From Patescibacteria group bacterium (GTDB taxonomy: Bacteria; Bacillota; UBA4882; JAAYXC01), in NCBI GenBank assembly GCA_050260175.1, contig JBLNBS010000156.1, positions 6,098-70,097 on the forward strand: 64,000 bases of DNA, in the 5' to 3' direction. How positions within the stretch are numbered: position 1 is the first letter of the stretch; every line of letters begins with the position of its first letter. Under the pieces are notes generated by a model. It saw nothing but the letters and a program-made list of their open reading frames with translations, had not been told where the DNA came from and searched no databases. Positions 51,948 to 62,293 of the stretch are shown piece after piece. Both the position numbers and the translations under genes were made by a program.

Positions 51948-54900
51948 ATGAATAGAAAGCTCGTGCGCAACGCCAAGGTGCTCGTGCTGGCCCTGGGTCT
52001 TTTGTGGCTCGCCGCGCAAGCCGGGGTCTATTTCCTGCTGCGCCAGGACCGGCTGCTTGACCGGATTGAGCACAGCCTCACCCGCGGCTTGGCCGAGCCA
52101 TACGGCATCGGCCTGCGTGTGGAGAGCCTCAAGGCCGGCCCCGGCCTGGGCCTGGAGGCGGCCGGGATCGCGCTTGCCGATCTGCGCCAGCCCGGGAGCC
52201 CGGTCGTCGCCCGGGCGGCGCACGCCTACATCAGGCTCAATCCATTCAGGCTGATCACCGGTTTCCGCCATCCCGAGAGCGCGGTCGGCGAGTTCCTGCT
52301 CGACCGGGTCGAGATCCGCATCGACCGGGGCCGCGACGGCTCATGGCTCTGGGAACGGTTCACCGCCTCCGGCCGCAAGCTCTTGATCCACCCCGTCATC
52401 AGGCTGCACGAGGTCGTGGTGGATTTTCGCGCCGCGCCCCTACCCCACCCCATCGGCCGCGTCAGACTGCCCGAGGCGGTGGTGGATCTCCGCGCGCATC
52501 CCCGCATCAGAGCCGGGGGCGTGCTGCGTACCGATCTCGATCCCGCGCTGCGCCTGGAGTTCAATGGCATCTACGATTTGGCGCGGCGGGCCGGCTGGGC
52601 GGACTTGGCCTGGCAAGAGGCGTCCCTGCCGCGCTGGCAGGCGTCGGGGTGGCTGCCCGCCGGGGATTTGCAGATGCTGGGAGGCGCGCTGCGCGGCCGG
52701 GCGCGATTAGCGCTGGGGCCCCGGCCGGGCCTGGAAAGCGGCTTTGCGGTATTGGCCGGCGGCCGGGTGCGGATCCCCGGGCTTGTCCCTGGCACCGTCG
52801 CCGTGCAGGGCAGGGCGGACCTCGCCGGCCGCAGGCTGCGGATCCGGGATCTCGCGCTGCAAACCTCCCGAGGGGGCCTGGCGGGAACGCTCCAATGCGA
52901 CCTGGAAGCCAAGAATCCCATGGTACGAGGGGATCTACAGCTCAAGAACCTGGAACTGGGGCAGTTCGCTGCGGTCCTGAACCTGCCGCCAAAGGCCAGC
53001 CTCGGGGGCAGGGTCTCCGGCCGATTGGCCGTTGCCGGCCGGCTGGCCGGACCGTCAATGTCCGGCCGGCTCTCCCTGTTCGGCGGTACGCTCTCGTACC
53101 CGCCCCTGCCCGCGGCCGAGGAGGGCGGGTTGCGGGGACGCTTTGCCGGCAGGGCCCTCCGCGTGGATTCCATCCGGGCCCGCCTGGGCGGCGGCCGGGT
53201 GACGGGCAGCGGCAGCCTGCTTTTCCTGCCCTCGCTCAATCTGGAGATGGACCTGCGGGCGACGGGCATCACCGCCGGCGAGCTGCTGGACGGCCTTGGC
53301 CAGCCGGGCTGGCGGGGCCGGATCGACGCAAAGGGCCGCCTGGCCTTTGCCGCCGGGCGATGGAGTATCGGCGCCGACCTGGACTGGGCGGGGCTCTCCT
53401 GGCGCGGCCGGGCCCTGCCGGGCGGGAACGCCTCGGTGAAATGCACCTCCAGGGGCGGGGAGATGGATTTTGACCTCACGGGCCGGATCGGGCGGGGCGG
53501 GATCGAGGCGCGGGGGCGGAAGACGAACGGCCGGTGGCACGCGACCGGCCGTATCCGTGACGTGGGGCTGGGGCCTTTGGCTTCATTCATGCCCGCCGGC
53601 CTGCGGGATCTGGACGGTACGGCCACCGCCGATCTTCTCTGGCGCTCGGGCGAAGGGGATCCAGATCTGAGCATCACAGGCAGAGCCCGCACGGTACGGA
53701 TAGGCGGACGCGTCCTCGACGAGGTGATCGGCAGCCTCCGCTGGCGCGGGCGCGAGATCATCGTCCAGGCCGGGCAGGCCAGGATGGGCCGGGCGAGCGC
53801 CTCCCTGAGCGGCCGGTTCGACACGGAGCGGGACGAGATTTCCCTCGATCTTGCCCTGCATCGCTTCCCCCTGGCCTCGTTCGTGGACGGCGCCGGGGGC
53901 CTCGCCGAGGGCCGCCTGCGGCTCATGGGGCGCTGGCCGTCGGGGCTTTCCGGCGCGGGCTGGGCGCACTTGCAGGATCTCTCCTGGCAAGGCACGCCCC
54001 TGGGCCTGGCCGATCTCGACCTGGAGCTGGCGGGCGACCGGGTGCGCCTGCGCCGCGCGCACCTCGAATCCGCGGACGGCCGGGCCGATCTCTCCGGTGA
54101 ACTGCCCCTCTCGGATCGGGGCGCGCTCGATCTGGTGATCGGCGGGTTCGACTGGGAGGCCGCGTCTTTGGCGCGCCTTTTTACCGCCCCGGCCGATCTG
54201 CGCGGCAGGATCAAAGGTGAAGGCCGCGTAACGGGCACGTGGCGGGCTCCGGCCGCCGAGGCCCATCTTGAGGCCGGTCCCGGCGAAGTCTACGACCTGC
54301 AATGGCGGAAAGCCTCCGCCGATCTACGCCTCGCCGGGCAAAGAATCATCGTCGAACGAGCCTCCGCCACCCTGGCCGGGATGGAGGTCATCGCCCGCGG
54401 CGCCTTTGGCCCCGCCGGCTGGGATCTGAAGGTCGAGGCGCCCGGGGCGGATTTGGCCGCGGTCATGGCGACGCTACCGTACGAGCCGCCCTACCCGTTC
54501 AGCGGCCTGGGAGGCCAAGCCGCGATCAGCGCCCGGATCGGCGGCCCCCTGTCCCGCCCCAGCCTGGCCGGGGAGGCGGCGGTAAAGGATCTCGTCCTGG
54601 GGGGGTTCGTCAGCGAGCACTTAGCCCTGCGCTTCAGCCTCGATGGATCCCGGCTCCAAATCCAGGCGCTGCAAGCCAGTACCGGCGAGCAGCAATACAC
54701 CGCGTCGGGATCCGTGGATCTGGCCACCCTCGAGGCGTCGCTCGTCTTTACCGCGGCGAGGGGAGATCTGGCCGGCCTCCTGGCCCTCTCCGGGCAGCGC
54801 CTGCCCTGGCCGGTGCGGGGGCGGGTCACGGGCGAGGCGAGGCTGGAAGGCAGTTTGCGCAATCCGACGTGCAACGCCTCGCTCACCCTGGCCGAGGGCA

Positions 54901-56603
54901 TGATCGGCGAAATGGCGGTCTCAGGCGAGCTGGGCATGCGGTACGACGGCTCCACTCTCACCCTCGACGGCCTGCGCCTCGAGCATGAGCAGGGGGAGCT
55001 GACGGCCGTGGGCAGATTCGCCGCTGCCAAGTTCAGCCTGGCCGTGGCCGGCAGGGATCTGCCCCTGGGGGAAATCGCCTCACTGGCCGGCCTGCGCGAT
55101 ATCCAGGGCCGGGGAAACCTCCAGATCCTCCTCGATCGATCCGGCGGCGCGATGCAGGGCCGGTTCCAGCTCCAGATCCACCCCGGCAGTCTGTGGGCGG
55201 GCATTCCGCTGGAGAGCGTGGCAGTGGAGGGGGAGATCAAAGACCGCGCTATCGTGCTCACCCGCGGAGAGATGGCGTCCGGCGGCCATCTCCTCTCCGC
55301 CGCCGGGCGGTTTCCCCTGCCGCCGCTCGGCTCCCTGGAACGCTTCCTGCAGGGCGTGCCGCCCGGCCCGGATCGCCTGGAGCTGCGGATCGACGGCACG
55401 GATCTCCCGCTGCCCATCCTCAACCCGATCCTGCCCGGCGCCGGCTTGCTAAAGTTTACCAGCGGCAGAATCACCCTCGCGGCCGTGGTGGGCGGGACCT
55501 GGAACAGGCCGGAGGTCGAGGGCGCCGTGTATCTGAGCGAGGCCGAAGGCCGCGCGAGTGTCCTGCCCGACCCGTTCAGACATCTCAATATCGAGGCCAG
55601 GCTGGCCGGCCAGACCCTGCACATCGAGGAAGCCCGCGCCGAACTGGGCACGGGCGCGGCCGGCGCCGCCGGCACGATCGCGCTCGGCTCCGCTGGGCTG
55701 GCATACGACCTGCGCATCCAAGGGAACGCCATCCGCTACAAGAACTCCTTCTTTGACGGCAGCATTTCCAGCGCGCGGCTCGCCCTAAAAGGCTCGCCGC
55801 TGCCGGCCGTCTCCGGCACGCTCGAGATAGGCGAGGGCAAGATCACCCTCGGTCCGGCCGAGCCCAAGGCCGCGATTCCGCCCCTGCCTCTCGACGTGCG
55901 TCTCGTGGCCGGCGGGGACGTCAGGTTCTCATTTCCGGCAGTGGCCGACGTGCCCGTCAGCGGCGAGCTGCGGGTCGGCGGCACGCTGAGCTCCCCGACG
56001 CTGGACGGGATGATCACCGCCACGCGGGGCTCGATCTACGTCTACGGCGAGCGGTTCAACCTCACGGCGGGCATCGCGACCTTCGCCCCGAGCCGGGGAT
56101 ACCTGCCCTACGTGGAATTACAGGGCAACAAGGCTGTCAGGGACTTCAAGATCTTCATGTCCGCGCGCGGCGAGATCACCGCGGCGGGACTGCCCATCAC
56201 CCTCTGGTCCGAGCCACCCCTGAGCCAGCAGGAGATCCTCGACCTCTTGCGCTGGTCGGCGCCGCCCGGCATCGGCGAGAGCGCGCCCGAGGTCGGCAAG
56301 TTCTTCCTCGGAGGCCTGGAGCTGGTCATGGATACCGTATTCGGCGAATTATCCGAGGATTTCCGCCGCCTGCTGGACGCCGACAGCGTCGAACTGGGCC
56401 TGGATCAATCGGGCGCCCTCAGCCTGCAGATGGGCAAGTATGTGCTGGAGGATTTCTACCTTTCCTACCAGATGCTGTTTGACCAATTCTCGACGCGGAT
56501 CTGGTCGTTCAACTTCTACATCACCCCCCAACTCGTCCTGAACGGCGTCTTCAGCACCACGGAAGGGACTGAATGGAGCCTGACCTACCAATACGCTTTC
56601 TAG
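51948..56603 (+). CDS. tamB: TamB/AsmA-like translocation and assembly module protein
   Basis: 1551 aa. N-terminal anchor VLVLALGLLWLAAQAGVYFLL. Long repetitive beta-rich body. DUF490-like C-terminus ...GKYVLEDFYLSYQMLFDQ...WSLTYQYAF. Confidence 0.85.
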   Translation: MNRKLVRNAKVLVLALGLLWLAAQAGVYFLLRQDRLLDRIEHSLTRGLAEPYGIGLRVESLKAGPGLGLEAAGIALADLRQPGSPVVARAAHAYIRLNPFRLITGFRHPESAVGEFLLDRVEIRIDRGRDGSWLWERFTASGRKLLIHPVIRLHEVVVDFRAAPLPHPIGRVRLPEAVVDLRAHPRIRAGGVLRTDLDPALRLEFNGIYDLARRAGWADLAWQEASLPRWQASGWLPAGDLQMLGGALRGRARLALGPRPGLESGFAVLAGGRVRIPGLVPGTVAVQGRADLAGRRLRIRDLALQTSRGGLAGTLQCDLEAKNPMVRGDLQLKNLELGQFAAVLNLPPKASLGGRVSGRLAVAGRLAGPSMSGRLSLFGGTLSYPPLPAAEEGGLRGRFAGRALRVDSIRARLGGGRVTGSGSLLFLPSLNLEMDLRATGITAGELLDGLGQPGWRGRIDAKGRLAFAAGRWSIGADLDWAGLSWRGRALPGGNASVKCTSRGGEMDFDLTGRIGRGGIEARGRKTNGRWHATGRIRDVGLGPLASFMPAGLRDLDGTATADLLWRSGEGDPDLSITGRARTVRIGGRVLDEVIGSLRWRGREIIVQAGQARMGRASASLSGRFDTERDEISLDLALHRFPLASFVDGAGGLAEGRLRLMGRWPSGLSGAGWAHLQDLSWQGTPLGLADLDLELAGDRVRLRRAHLESADGRADLSGELPLSDRGALDLVIGGFDWEAASLARLFTAPADLRGRIKGEGRVTGTWRAPAAEAHLEAGPGEVYDLQWRKASADLRLAGQRIIVERASATLAGMEVIARGAFGPAGWDLKVEAPGADLAAVMATLPYEPPYPFSGLGGQAAISARIGGPLSRPSLAGEAAVKDLVLGGFVSEHLALRFSLDGSRLQIQALQASTGEQQYTASGSVDLATLEASLVFTAARGDLAGLLALSGQRLPWPVRGRVTGEARLEGSLRNPTCNASLTLAEGMIGEMAVSGELGMRYDGSTLTLDGLRLEHEQGELTAVGRFAAAKFSLAVAGRDLPLGEIASLAGLRDIQGRGNLQILLDRSGGAMQGRFQLQIHPGSLWAGIPLESVAVEGEIKDRAIVLTRGEMASGGHLLSAAGRFPLPPLGSLERFLQGVPPGPDRLELRIDGTDLPLPILNPILPGAGLLKFTSGRITLAAVVGGTWNRPEVEGAVYLSEAEGRASVLPDPFRHLNIEARLAGQTLHIEEARAELGTGAAGAAGTIALGSAGLAYDLRIQGNAIRYKNSFFDGSISSARLALKGSPLPAVSGTLEIGEGKITLGPAEPKAAIPPLPLDVRLVAGGDVRFSFPAVADVPVSGELRVGGTLSSPTLDGMITATRGSIYVYGERFNLTAGIATFAPSRGYLPYVELQGNKAVRDFKIFMSARGEITAAGLPITLWSEPPLSQQEILDLLRWSAPPGIGESAPEVGKFFLGGLELVMDTVFGELSEDFRRLLDADSVELGLDQSGALSLQMGKYVLEDFYLSYQMLFDQFSTRIWSFNFYITPQLVLNGVFSTTEGTEWSLTYQYAF

Positions 56604-56835
56604 TTCTAGCGCGCCGGAACCATTCCCGCGCCACGCGCGTTGGCCTAGCCGGGATAACTTGCGCATAAAGCTCCTTCCCCTTTGAAAGCGGCGCTATTCT
56701 CTGGTGGAACCTTCCGCTGGTCCCTGCAAGTGCCGGGAGATCGAGGCAGGAGAAGAGGCGGGGGAAGGAGAAGCCTCGAAGGCGACTTAAGCGGCTGGTA
56801 TTCTTCCGGGTCCTTGACATCGGGGTGGTGGCCGT

Positions 56836-57483
56836 TTGTTCCAGGAGTACCTGGCAGAACTCAGTAAACTGCGGCTGCTGGGCGCCGAGGAGGAACGGGC
56901 TCTCTGGCATTCCTTCAAGGAGGAGGGAAAGCGCGAGAGCCGTCAATGTCTGATCGAATCATATCAGCCGCTGGTGCTCAAGCTCGCCATGCGGTTCGCC
57001 ACGGACGAACCGCTCTGTCTCGAACTCATCCAGGAGGGCACCCTGGGATTGATCGAAGCCGTGGAAGGATTCTCCCCGGCCCGGGATATCAAGTTCAGCA
57101 CCTACGCCCAATACCGTATCCGCGGGCGCATGCTCGATTTCCTGCGCCGGGCGGCCCGTCCGTCCCAATCCGCCCTGATGCTCGCCTCGTTTGACGGGGA
57201 GATCGACGAATTCCTCTCGCTCGTCCATGACGATCGGGCGGAGGTGGAGGAAGAGGTCGACCGGCGGGCGATCCTTTCCGCCTTGCGCCAGGCCCTGTCC
57301 CGGCTGACCGACAGGGAACGCCAGGTGGTGGAGGGCATTTACCTGGACGGGCTAACCCCGTTGGAAGTGGCGGCCAGGCTCGGCATCAGCCCTTCATACC
57401 TGTACAAAACGCAAAAGAAGGCCCTCCGCCGCCTGCGGGGCCTTTTGGTCAGGGTCAGGGCGGAGCTGAAGGCGCCGGGGTGA
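56836..57483 (+). CDS. Sigma-70 family sigma factor (group 3-like: regions 2, 3 and 4)
   Basis: LIESYQPLVLKLAMRF, ELIQEGTLGLIEAVEGF, KFSTYAQYRIRGRMLDFLRR. Region 4 TPLEVAARLGISPSYLYKTQKKALRRLR. Putative TTG start. Confidence 0.8.
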   Translation: MFQEYLAELSKLRLLGAEEERALWHSFKEEGKRESRQCLIESYQPLVLKLAMRFATDEPLCLELIQEGTLGLIEAVEGFSPARDIKFSTYAQYRIRGRMLDFLRRAARPSQSALMLASFDGEIDEFLSLVHDDRAEVEEEVDRRAILSALRQALSRLTDRERQVVEGIYLDGLTPLEVAARLGISPSYLYKTQKKALRRLRGLLVRVRAELKAPG

Positions 57484-57712
57484 CTACTTTTTCGGGTTTT
57501 ACGGCGATGATCCGCCTGAAGGGGATGGAGGGGGCAAACCGTTCAGAAAATGGGCCATGGACGGGTCCCTGACGGCGGCATGGTGCCGCAGGGCCGGCAG
57601 ACGGCCGAGGATGGCGCGTGAGGTCTGGACGAAACCGGAACGGCGCCGCAGACATTATGATCGGCGGGATCGCGTTGCCCCGCCCAAAAAGACCGTGGAA
57701 GGGTGTTCGAGC

Positions 57713-58360
57713 ATGTCCGGCACGCAGCAGGAAGCGGTCCTGGCCCACATCGACGACGCCGCTTCCTGGCTCTCACGGGCCAGGAACGCTTACCGGGCGG
57801 CCAACCGCGCCCGCGCCGAACTCGATCTCTGCCTGGCCCAGGCCGAGGTGAGATACGCCTGGGAGATCAGCCGCGGGCCGCGGCGGATCTCCCATCCCGG
57901 GATCGCCCGCGACGGCGGCAGATGGCGGCTGGCGCTCGCCGCCTGCCTGGGTCTGGTATTGACGGCCTCGGCCCTCGCGCCGTTTCTCCTCGCCCGCCTG
58001 GACAAGCCCGGCGGGCGCGGGCGGACGGACACGGCCGCCGGGCGCGCCGGGGCGCGATCCGCGCCGCGGAGCCTTGCTCCCACCGTGGCAAAGAGCCAGG
58101 ACGAGGCGGCCCAACCCGGTAGAGCGCAGAGCGAGATTCAGGCCGGCGCGCGCGATCGCCGCGCCCCATCGCCCGTGGTCGCCGTGCGGAATACCGGCGC
58201 GGCGGCGGCCATCGGCCCGAAAGACCGCGCCGCGGCCCCGGTTGCCGGCGGCCAACCCGCCCCCGCGGAGGGCCGCTTGATGGTGGATATGGGTGAATTG
58301 GCAAAACTGGCCCAGGAGACACTGATCAAAGGCGATGCTACCGCAGAAACACAACGCTGA
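57713..58360 (+). CDS. Bitopic membrane protein, Ala/Pro/Arg-rich C-terminal region (possible anti-sigma partner)
   Basis: N-terminal helical region, one TM (WRLALAACLGLVLTASALAPFLLA) and a low-complexity exported tail. Directly follows the sigma gene. Confidence 0.5.
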   Translation: MSGTQQEAVLAHIDDAASWLSRARNAYRAANRARAELDLCLAQAEVRYAWEISRGPRRISHPGIARDGGRWRLALAACLGLVLTASALAPFLLARLDKPGGRGRTDTAAGRAGARSAPRSLAPTVAKSQDEAAQPGRAQSEIQAGARDRRAPSPVVAVRNTGAAAAIGPKDRAAAPVAGGQPAPAEGRLMVDMGELAKLAQETLIKGDATAETQR

Positions 58361-58395
58361 TTGGTGCTGCCTGACTTGGTAAAGGAGGCAACAGA

Positions 58396-60213
58396 ATGCG
58401 TTCTCGATCCTTATCCCTGCGACTCAGAGGCATACTGGCCTTTTTGGCCGCGATCCTGGCCCTGGCGGCCGCGGCGCCCGCCGGCCGCGCCGAGGACCAG
58501 AGCCCCATGGTGATCATGGTGGCGATCGAAGGCAACAAGGAAGTGCCGACCGACGAGATCCTGGCGGCGGTCAGGTCCACCCAGATCGGCGCCCCGCTCA
58601 ACCTGGACGCGGTCAGAGCCGACCAAAAGGCCATCTACGACCTGGGGTATTTCACCGAGGTCCTGCCGCCCGAGTTCCGCAAGGTTCTCGGGGGGGTCAA
58701 GGTCGTCTTCCGGGTGGTCGAGTTCCCCCTCCTCAAGGAGATCAAGATCACGGGCCTGACCAGGATGCCCCTGTCAAAGGCCCTGGCGGTCTTTGCCAGC
58801 AAGCCGGGGCTCGTCATCAACCGGCTCACCCTGGCCAAGGACCTGCGCGAGCTGCAAAAGGTGGCGCAAGAACAATACGGCCTCCTGCTCAAATCGCCGC
58901 TGCCCCGCATCAGCCCGGACGGCGTGGTCGAGATCAGCCTCGTGGAAATGAAGCTGCGCCGCCTGACCATCACCGGCCTGGAAAAGACCAGGGAGGAAGT
59001 GGTCCGGCGCGAGATCACGGCCGTGGAAGGCGAGATCTTTGACATCAAGACCTTCGGCCAGGATCTCCAGGACCTGTTCATGCTGGGGTACTTTGAATCG
59101 ATCAAGCCCACGATCACCGAGAGCGAAGAGGACGACAAGGTCGATGTGGCCCTCGAATTCAAAGAGCGCAAGACCGGCTCGATCATGGGCGGCATCTCAT
59201 ACAGCACCAAGGACGGGGAGCTCTCCGGCCTGCTCAAGGTGGGCGACGCCAACCTCTTTGGCACCGGCAACAGGCTGAGCCTCGCCCTGGAGATCAACCC
59301 CGACCTGCGCAACATCGATCTGGAGTATGTGGACCCCTGGCTGGATTCCCGCCACACCTCGCTGACTCTCCACCTCTACAGCGATTTTGACGGCTACCTG
59401 GTCGCCCTCGACCACGGCCTGATCGTGGTGGCCGAGGAGAACCGCTACGGCGGGGAGATCGGGCTCGGGCGTCCGCTGACCAGGAACACGACCCTCACGG
59501 TCTTTACCAAGCACGAGTACCTCAACGTGACGAAGATCGCCGATTGGCCGCCCGAGGAGATCGAGGATCCCGATAACCCGGGCGAGATGATCCCCAATCC
59601 CGACTACACCGAGCCGCCGGAGAACCCGCCCGACCTGACGAACGGCGGCATCGTGACGAACAGCGTCTCGCTGCAGCTCGACTACGCCAAGCTCACGCCC
59701 CAGGAAGCCAAGTACGTCTACGTGGCGGACGGGCTAAAGCTCAAGCTGAGCACCGAGTTCGCCGGGGGATGGCTGGGCGGCGACACCCAGTACAACCGCT
59801 ACCTGGCCGAGGGCGCCTATTTCAAGTCCGTCTCGCCCCGGGACGTCTTTGCCCTGCGGCTCATGGGCGGCATCGTGGACGCGCCCCCGGGCGGAGACCC
59901 GCTGGGCACGGCCGATTTCATCTCGGGTGGCGCGGAGACGTTGCGGGGTTATTCCTATCGCGATTTCGTCTCGACCCAGATGGCCCTCGGCAACCTGGAA
60001 TTCAGGCACAGATTCAGCGACACCATCGAGGGCGTCCTCTTTTACGACATCGGCCAGTTCTACTCCGTGGACACCGGGTGGCAGACGGCCAGCGGTTACG
60101 GCCTGGGCGTCCGCGTCTGGGTGCCCTACCTCGGCCAGCTCCGCTTCGATTACGGCTGGCCTACCAACGGGGAGGGCGCGCAGTTCTATTTCTCCATCGG
60201 AGAGGTCTTTTAG
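58396..60213 (+). CDS. bamA: Outer membrane protein assembly factor BamA (Omp85)
   Basis: RBS AAAGGAGG. Signal peptide. POTRA-type repeats (IEGNKEVPTDEI..., ITGLTRMP..., ITGLEKTREEVVRREI...). Omp85 barrel. C-terminus ...FYFSIGEVF. Confidence 0.9.
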   Translation: MRSRSLSLRLRGILAFLAAILALAAAAPAGRAEDQSPMVIMVAIEGNKEVPTDEILAAVRSTQIGAPLNLDAVRADQKAIYDLGYFTEVLPPEFRKVLGGVKVVFRVVEFPLLKEIKITGLTRMPLSKALAVFASKPGLVINRLTLAKDLRELQKVAQEQYGLLLKSPLPRISPDGVVEISLVEMKLRRLTITGLEKTREEVVRREITAVEGEIFDIKTFGQDLQDLFMLGYFESIKPTITESEEDDKVDVALEFKERKTGSIMGGISYSTKDGELSGLLKVGDANLFGTGNRLSLALEINPDLRNIDLEYVDPWLDSRHTSLTLHLYSDFDGYLVALDHGLIVVAEENRYGGEIGLGRPLTRNTTLTVFTKHEYLNVTKIADWPPEEIEDPDNPGEMIPNPDYTEPPENPPDLTNGGIVTNSVSLQLDYAKLTPQEAKYVYVADGLKLKLSTEFAGGWLGGDTQYNRYLAEGAYFKSVSPRDVFALRLMGGIVDAPPGGDPLGTADFISGGAETLRGYSYRDFVSTQMALGNLEFRHRFSDTIEGVLFYDIGQFYSVDTGWQTASGYGLGVRVWVPYLGQLRFDYGWPTNGEGAQFYFSIGEVF

Positions 60214-60306
60214 GATCGGCGCCTGCACGGGCCGCCGCCGGGGCCCGCGCCCCGGCGGCGGTGCCGCGGATGGGAACGGACGGACGGGGTGGGGGCGGTG
60301 AGCGCG

Positions 60307-61605
60307 ATGCCGCGCGCGGCGTTCTTTTTTCTCATACCCCTTTTGCTCGTGGCGGGGAACGTGCTCCGGCCCGCCGGGGCCGCGCCCCCGTTGCCCGAGC
60401 AGGAAACAAGGCGGGTGGAGCGCGTAGCCGTGGCCGTGCAGACCGCGGCGCGCCTCCCCGCCGTGCTCCGCGCCCGGCTTGAAACCAGCGTGGCCAAGGT
60501 CGCGGAGCGCATCATGCTGGGGCGCCCGGTGCATGTGATACATAGCCAGGAGGAGTATTGCGCCCGCATCATCAGGGATGTCTTTACTAAGATACTGACC
60601 GGTTTTTACCTGGACGAACTCGCGGTCGAGGTCGACGTGGAGACGCGCATCACCATCCGCCTCTCCCCCGACGGACCGGTCATCGAGCGGATCGAGATCC
60701 CGCTCGACCTGCCCGGGCTGGCCGGCCCGGCCCGCGCCCTGCTCGAGGAGGAGATCTCGGCTCTATACCCTGAACTCTCGGATTTTCTCCTGGGCCTGCC
60801 CATCGCGTCGATGGCCTGGGCGGACCCGATCCTGACCGCCGCCATCGCGGACCGGCTGCGGCTGGAGTTCCCGGGATTCGAGCCTGGCGTCTCCATCCGG
60901 CCGGGCGCGAGCGCGGCCCTGGATCTGACCATGGTGCCAGACCGGCCGGCGGTGGAACGGATCGTGGTCGAGATTACCTCGGAAACCCTGCCGCGGTTTC
61001 TGGCCAGGACATGGACCGGACGCGCGGCGAGCCATTTCCAGGCCTGCAAGGGGTTGCCCCTGGCCTTTCTCCGCCGCAGGCTGATCCGCCTGGAGAACCT
61101 GGGGCAACGGCTGCTGCAGGAGGATCCCGCCTCGACCAGGCTGGGGCTTCGCTGGGAGGTGGCGCTCTACCCGGGCGAGACCACCGTGGCCAGGCTGGCC
61201 GTGGAAGCCGGGGCCTGCTCCCTGCAGACGCAGGCAAGGCTCACGTTCTCCGATCCGCTCGTCTTTGGGTTCGCGCTGTGCGTCGGATACCGGCCTTACG
61301 CGGGTTGGGAGATCTCCGGCCGGCTGGGCCTCGACACGGGCGGCGCCGGGGCCGACTGGTCTGGCTCGCTCAGCTACGCCATGTCTCCCGCGATGAGCCT
61401 GGGTTTTACCTACTCGACGCTGGCCGCCGAGCATCTTCTCTGGTTGCGCTATGAGGAAGAGGGTTACCTGCTTGTGCTGGGGGGGGAAGTGGGCTCGGGC
61501 AGGCTCCTGGCTGCCATCGGTATCGCGACCGCGGAGGATCTGATGCTGATCCTGTCCGTGGATTCGCTGCGGCAATACCGGCTCGCGCTGGAGATGAACC
61601 TCTAA
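60307..61605 (+). CDS. Exported hypothetical protein of the OM cluster
   Basis: Signal peptide MPRAAFFFLIPLLLVAGNVLRPAGA. The C-terminal third has alternating beta-like segments. I do not recognise a family. Confidence 0.55.
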   Translation: MPRAAFFFLIPLLLVAGNVLRPAGAAPPLPEQETRRVERVAVAVQTAARLPAVLRARLETSVAKVAERIMLGRPVHVIHSQEEYCARIIRDVFTKILTGFYLDELAVEVDVETRITIRLSPDGPVIERIEIPLDLPGLAGPARALLEEEISALYPELSDFLLGLPIASMAWADPILTAAIADRLRLEFPGFEPGVSIRPGASAALDLTMVPDRPAVERIVVEITSETLPRFLARTWTGRAASHFQACKGLPLAFLRRRLIRLENLGQRLLQEDPASTRLGLRWEVALYPGETTVARLAVEAGACSLQTQARLTFSDPLVFGFALCVGYRPYAGWEISGRLGLDTGGAGADWSGSLSYAMSPAMSLGFTYSTLAAEHLLWLRYEEEGYLLVLGGEVGSGRLLAAIGIATAEDLMLILSVDSLRQYRLALEMNL

Positions 61606-61705
61606 GCCCTGGAAGAGTCGGGATCTGCGTCGGTATCAGGGTCGATTCCGATGCGATACCGACACCGGTCCATACGACTGGAGCAAGGAAAGGAGTGGTT
61701 GTGCC

Positions 61706-62269
61706 ATGATCGAACGCAGGATGGCGGTGATCCTGGCGGGGGCGATCATGCTCGCCGTGGCGGTGCTGGGTCCGATGGGCCTGAGCGCCCAGGGCAAAAC
61801 CGGCGGGCTCACGGCGGCGGCCATCGCCGTGATCGATCCCGCCACGATCCGAGCCAAGATTCCGGAATACGCCCGCTTGAAGGATCTCAAGAAGGCCTAC
61901 GAGAACGAGCTGAACGGCTATATGGTCTACCTGCAGAGCCAGTTGGACAGCTTTGTCGCTGAGCTGAAAAAGAAGGAAGAGGTAGAGATCGAGGGCAAAT
62001 CCTCCGAGGAGCAAAAGGCCATCAAGGCCAGGTATACCAAGGAAGCCCAGGCCAAACAGGCGGAGAGCAACCAGCTGATCAAGGCGAAAAGCAAGGAACT
62101 GCAGGACAAGCTCAATGCGGAGATGGCAAAGGTCGACCAGCGGGTCAAGGAGATCATCGCCGCCGTCTGCCGGGAAAAAGGGCTGGCCATCGCCTTGAAC
62201 AAGGACATCGTCCTTTTTGGCGGCACCGACATCACCGGCGAGGTCGTCGCGCGGAGCGGCAAAAAGTAA
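61706..62269 (+). CDS. skp: Periplasmic chaperone Skp/OmpH
   Basis: Signal peptide. IAVIDPATIRAKIPEYARLKDLKKAYENEL... Lys/Glu-rich coiled arms. C-terminus REKGLAIALNKDIVLFGGTDITGEVV. Confidence 0.85.
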   Translation: MIERRMAVILAGAIMLAVAVLGPMGLSAQGKTGGLTAAAIAVIDPATIRAKIPEYARLKDLKKAYENELNGYMVYLQSQLDSFVAELKKKEEVEIEGKSSEEQKAIKARYTKEAQAKQAESNQLIKAKSKELQDKLNAEMAKVDQRVKEIIAAVCREKGLAIALNKDIVLFGGTDITGEVVARSGKK

Positions 62270-62293
62270 ATATGGGGAAAAGGAGAGAATGAC

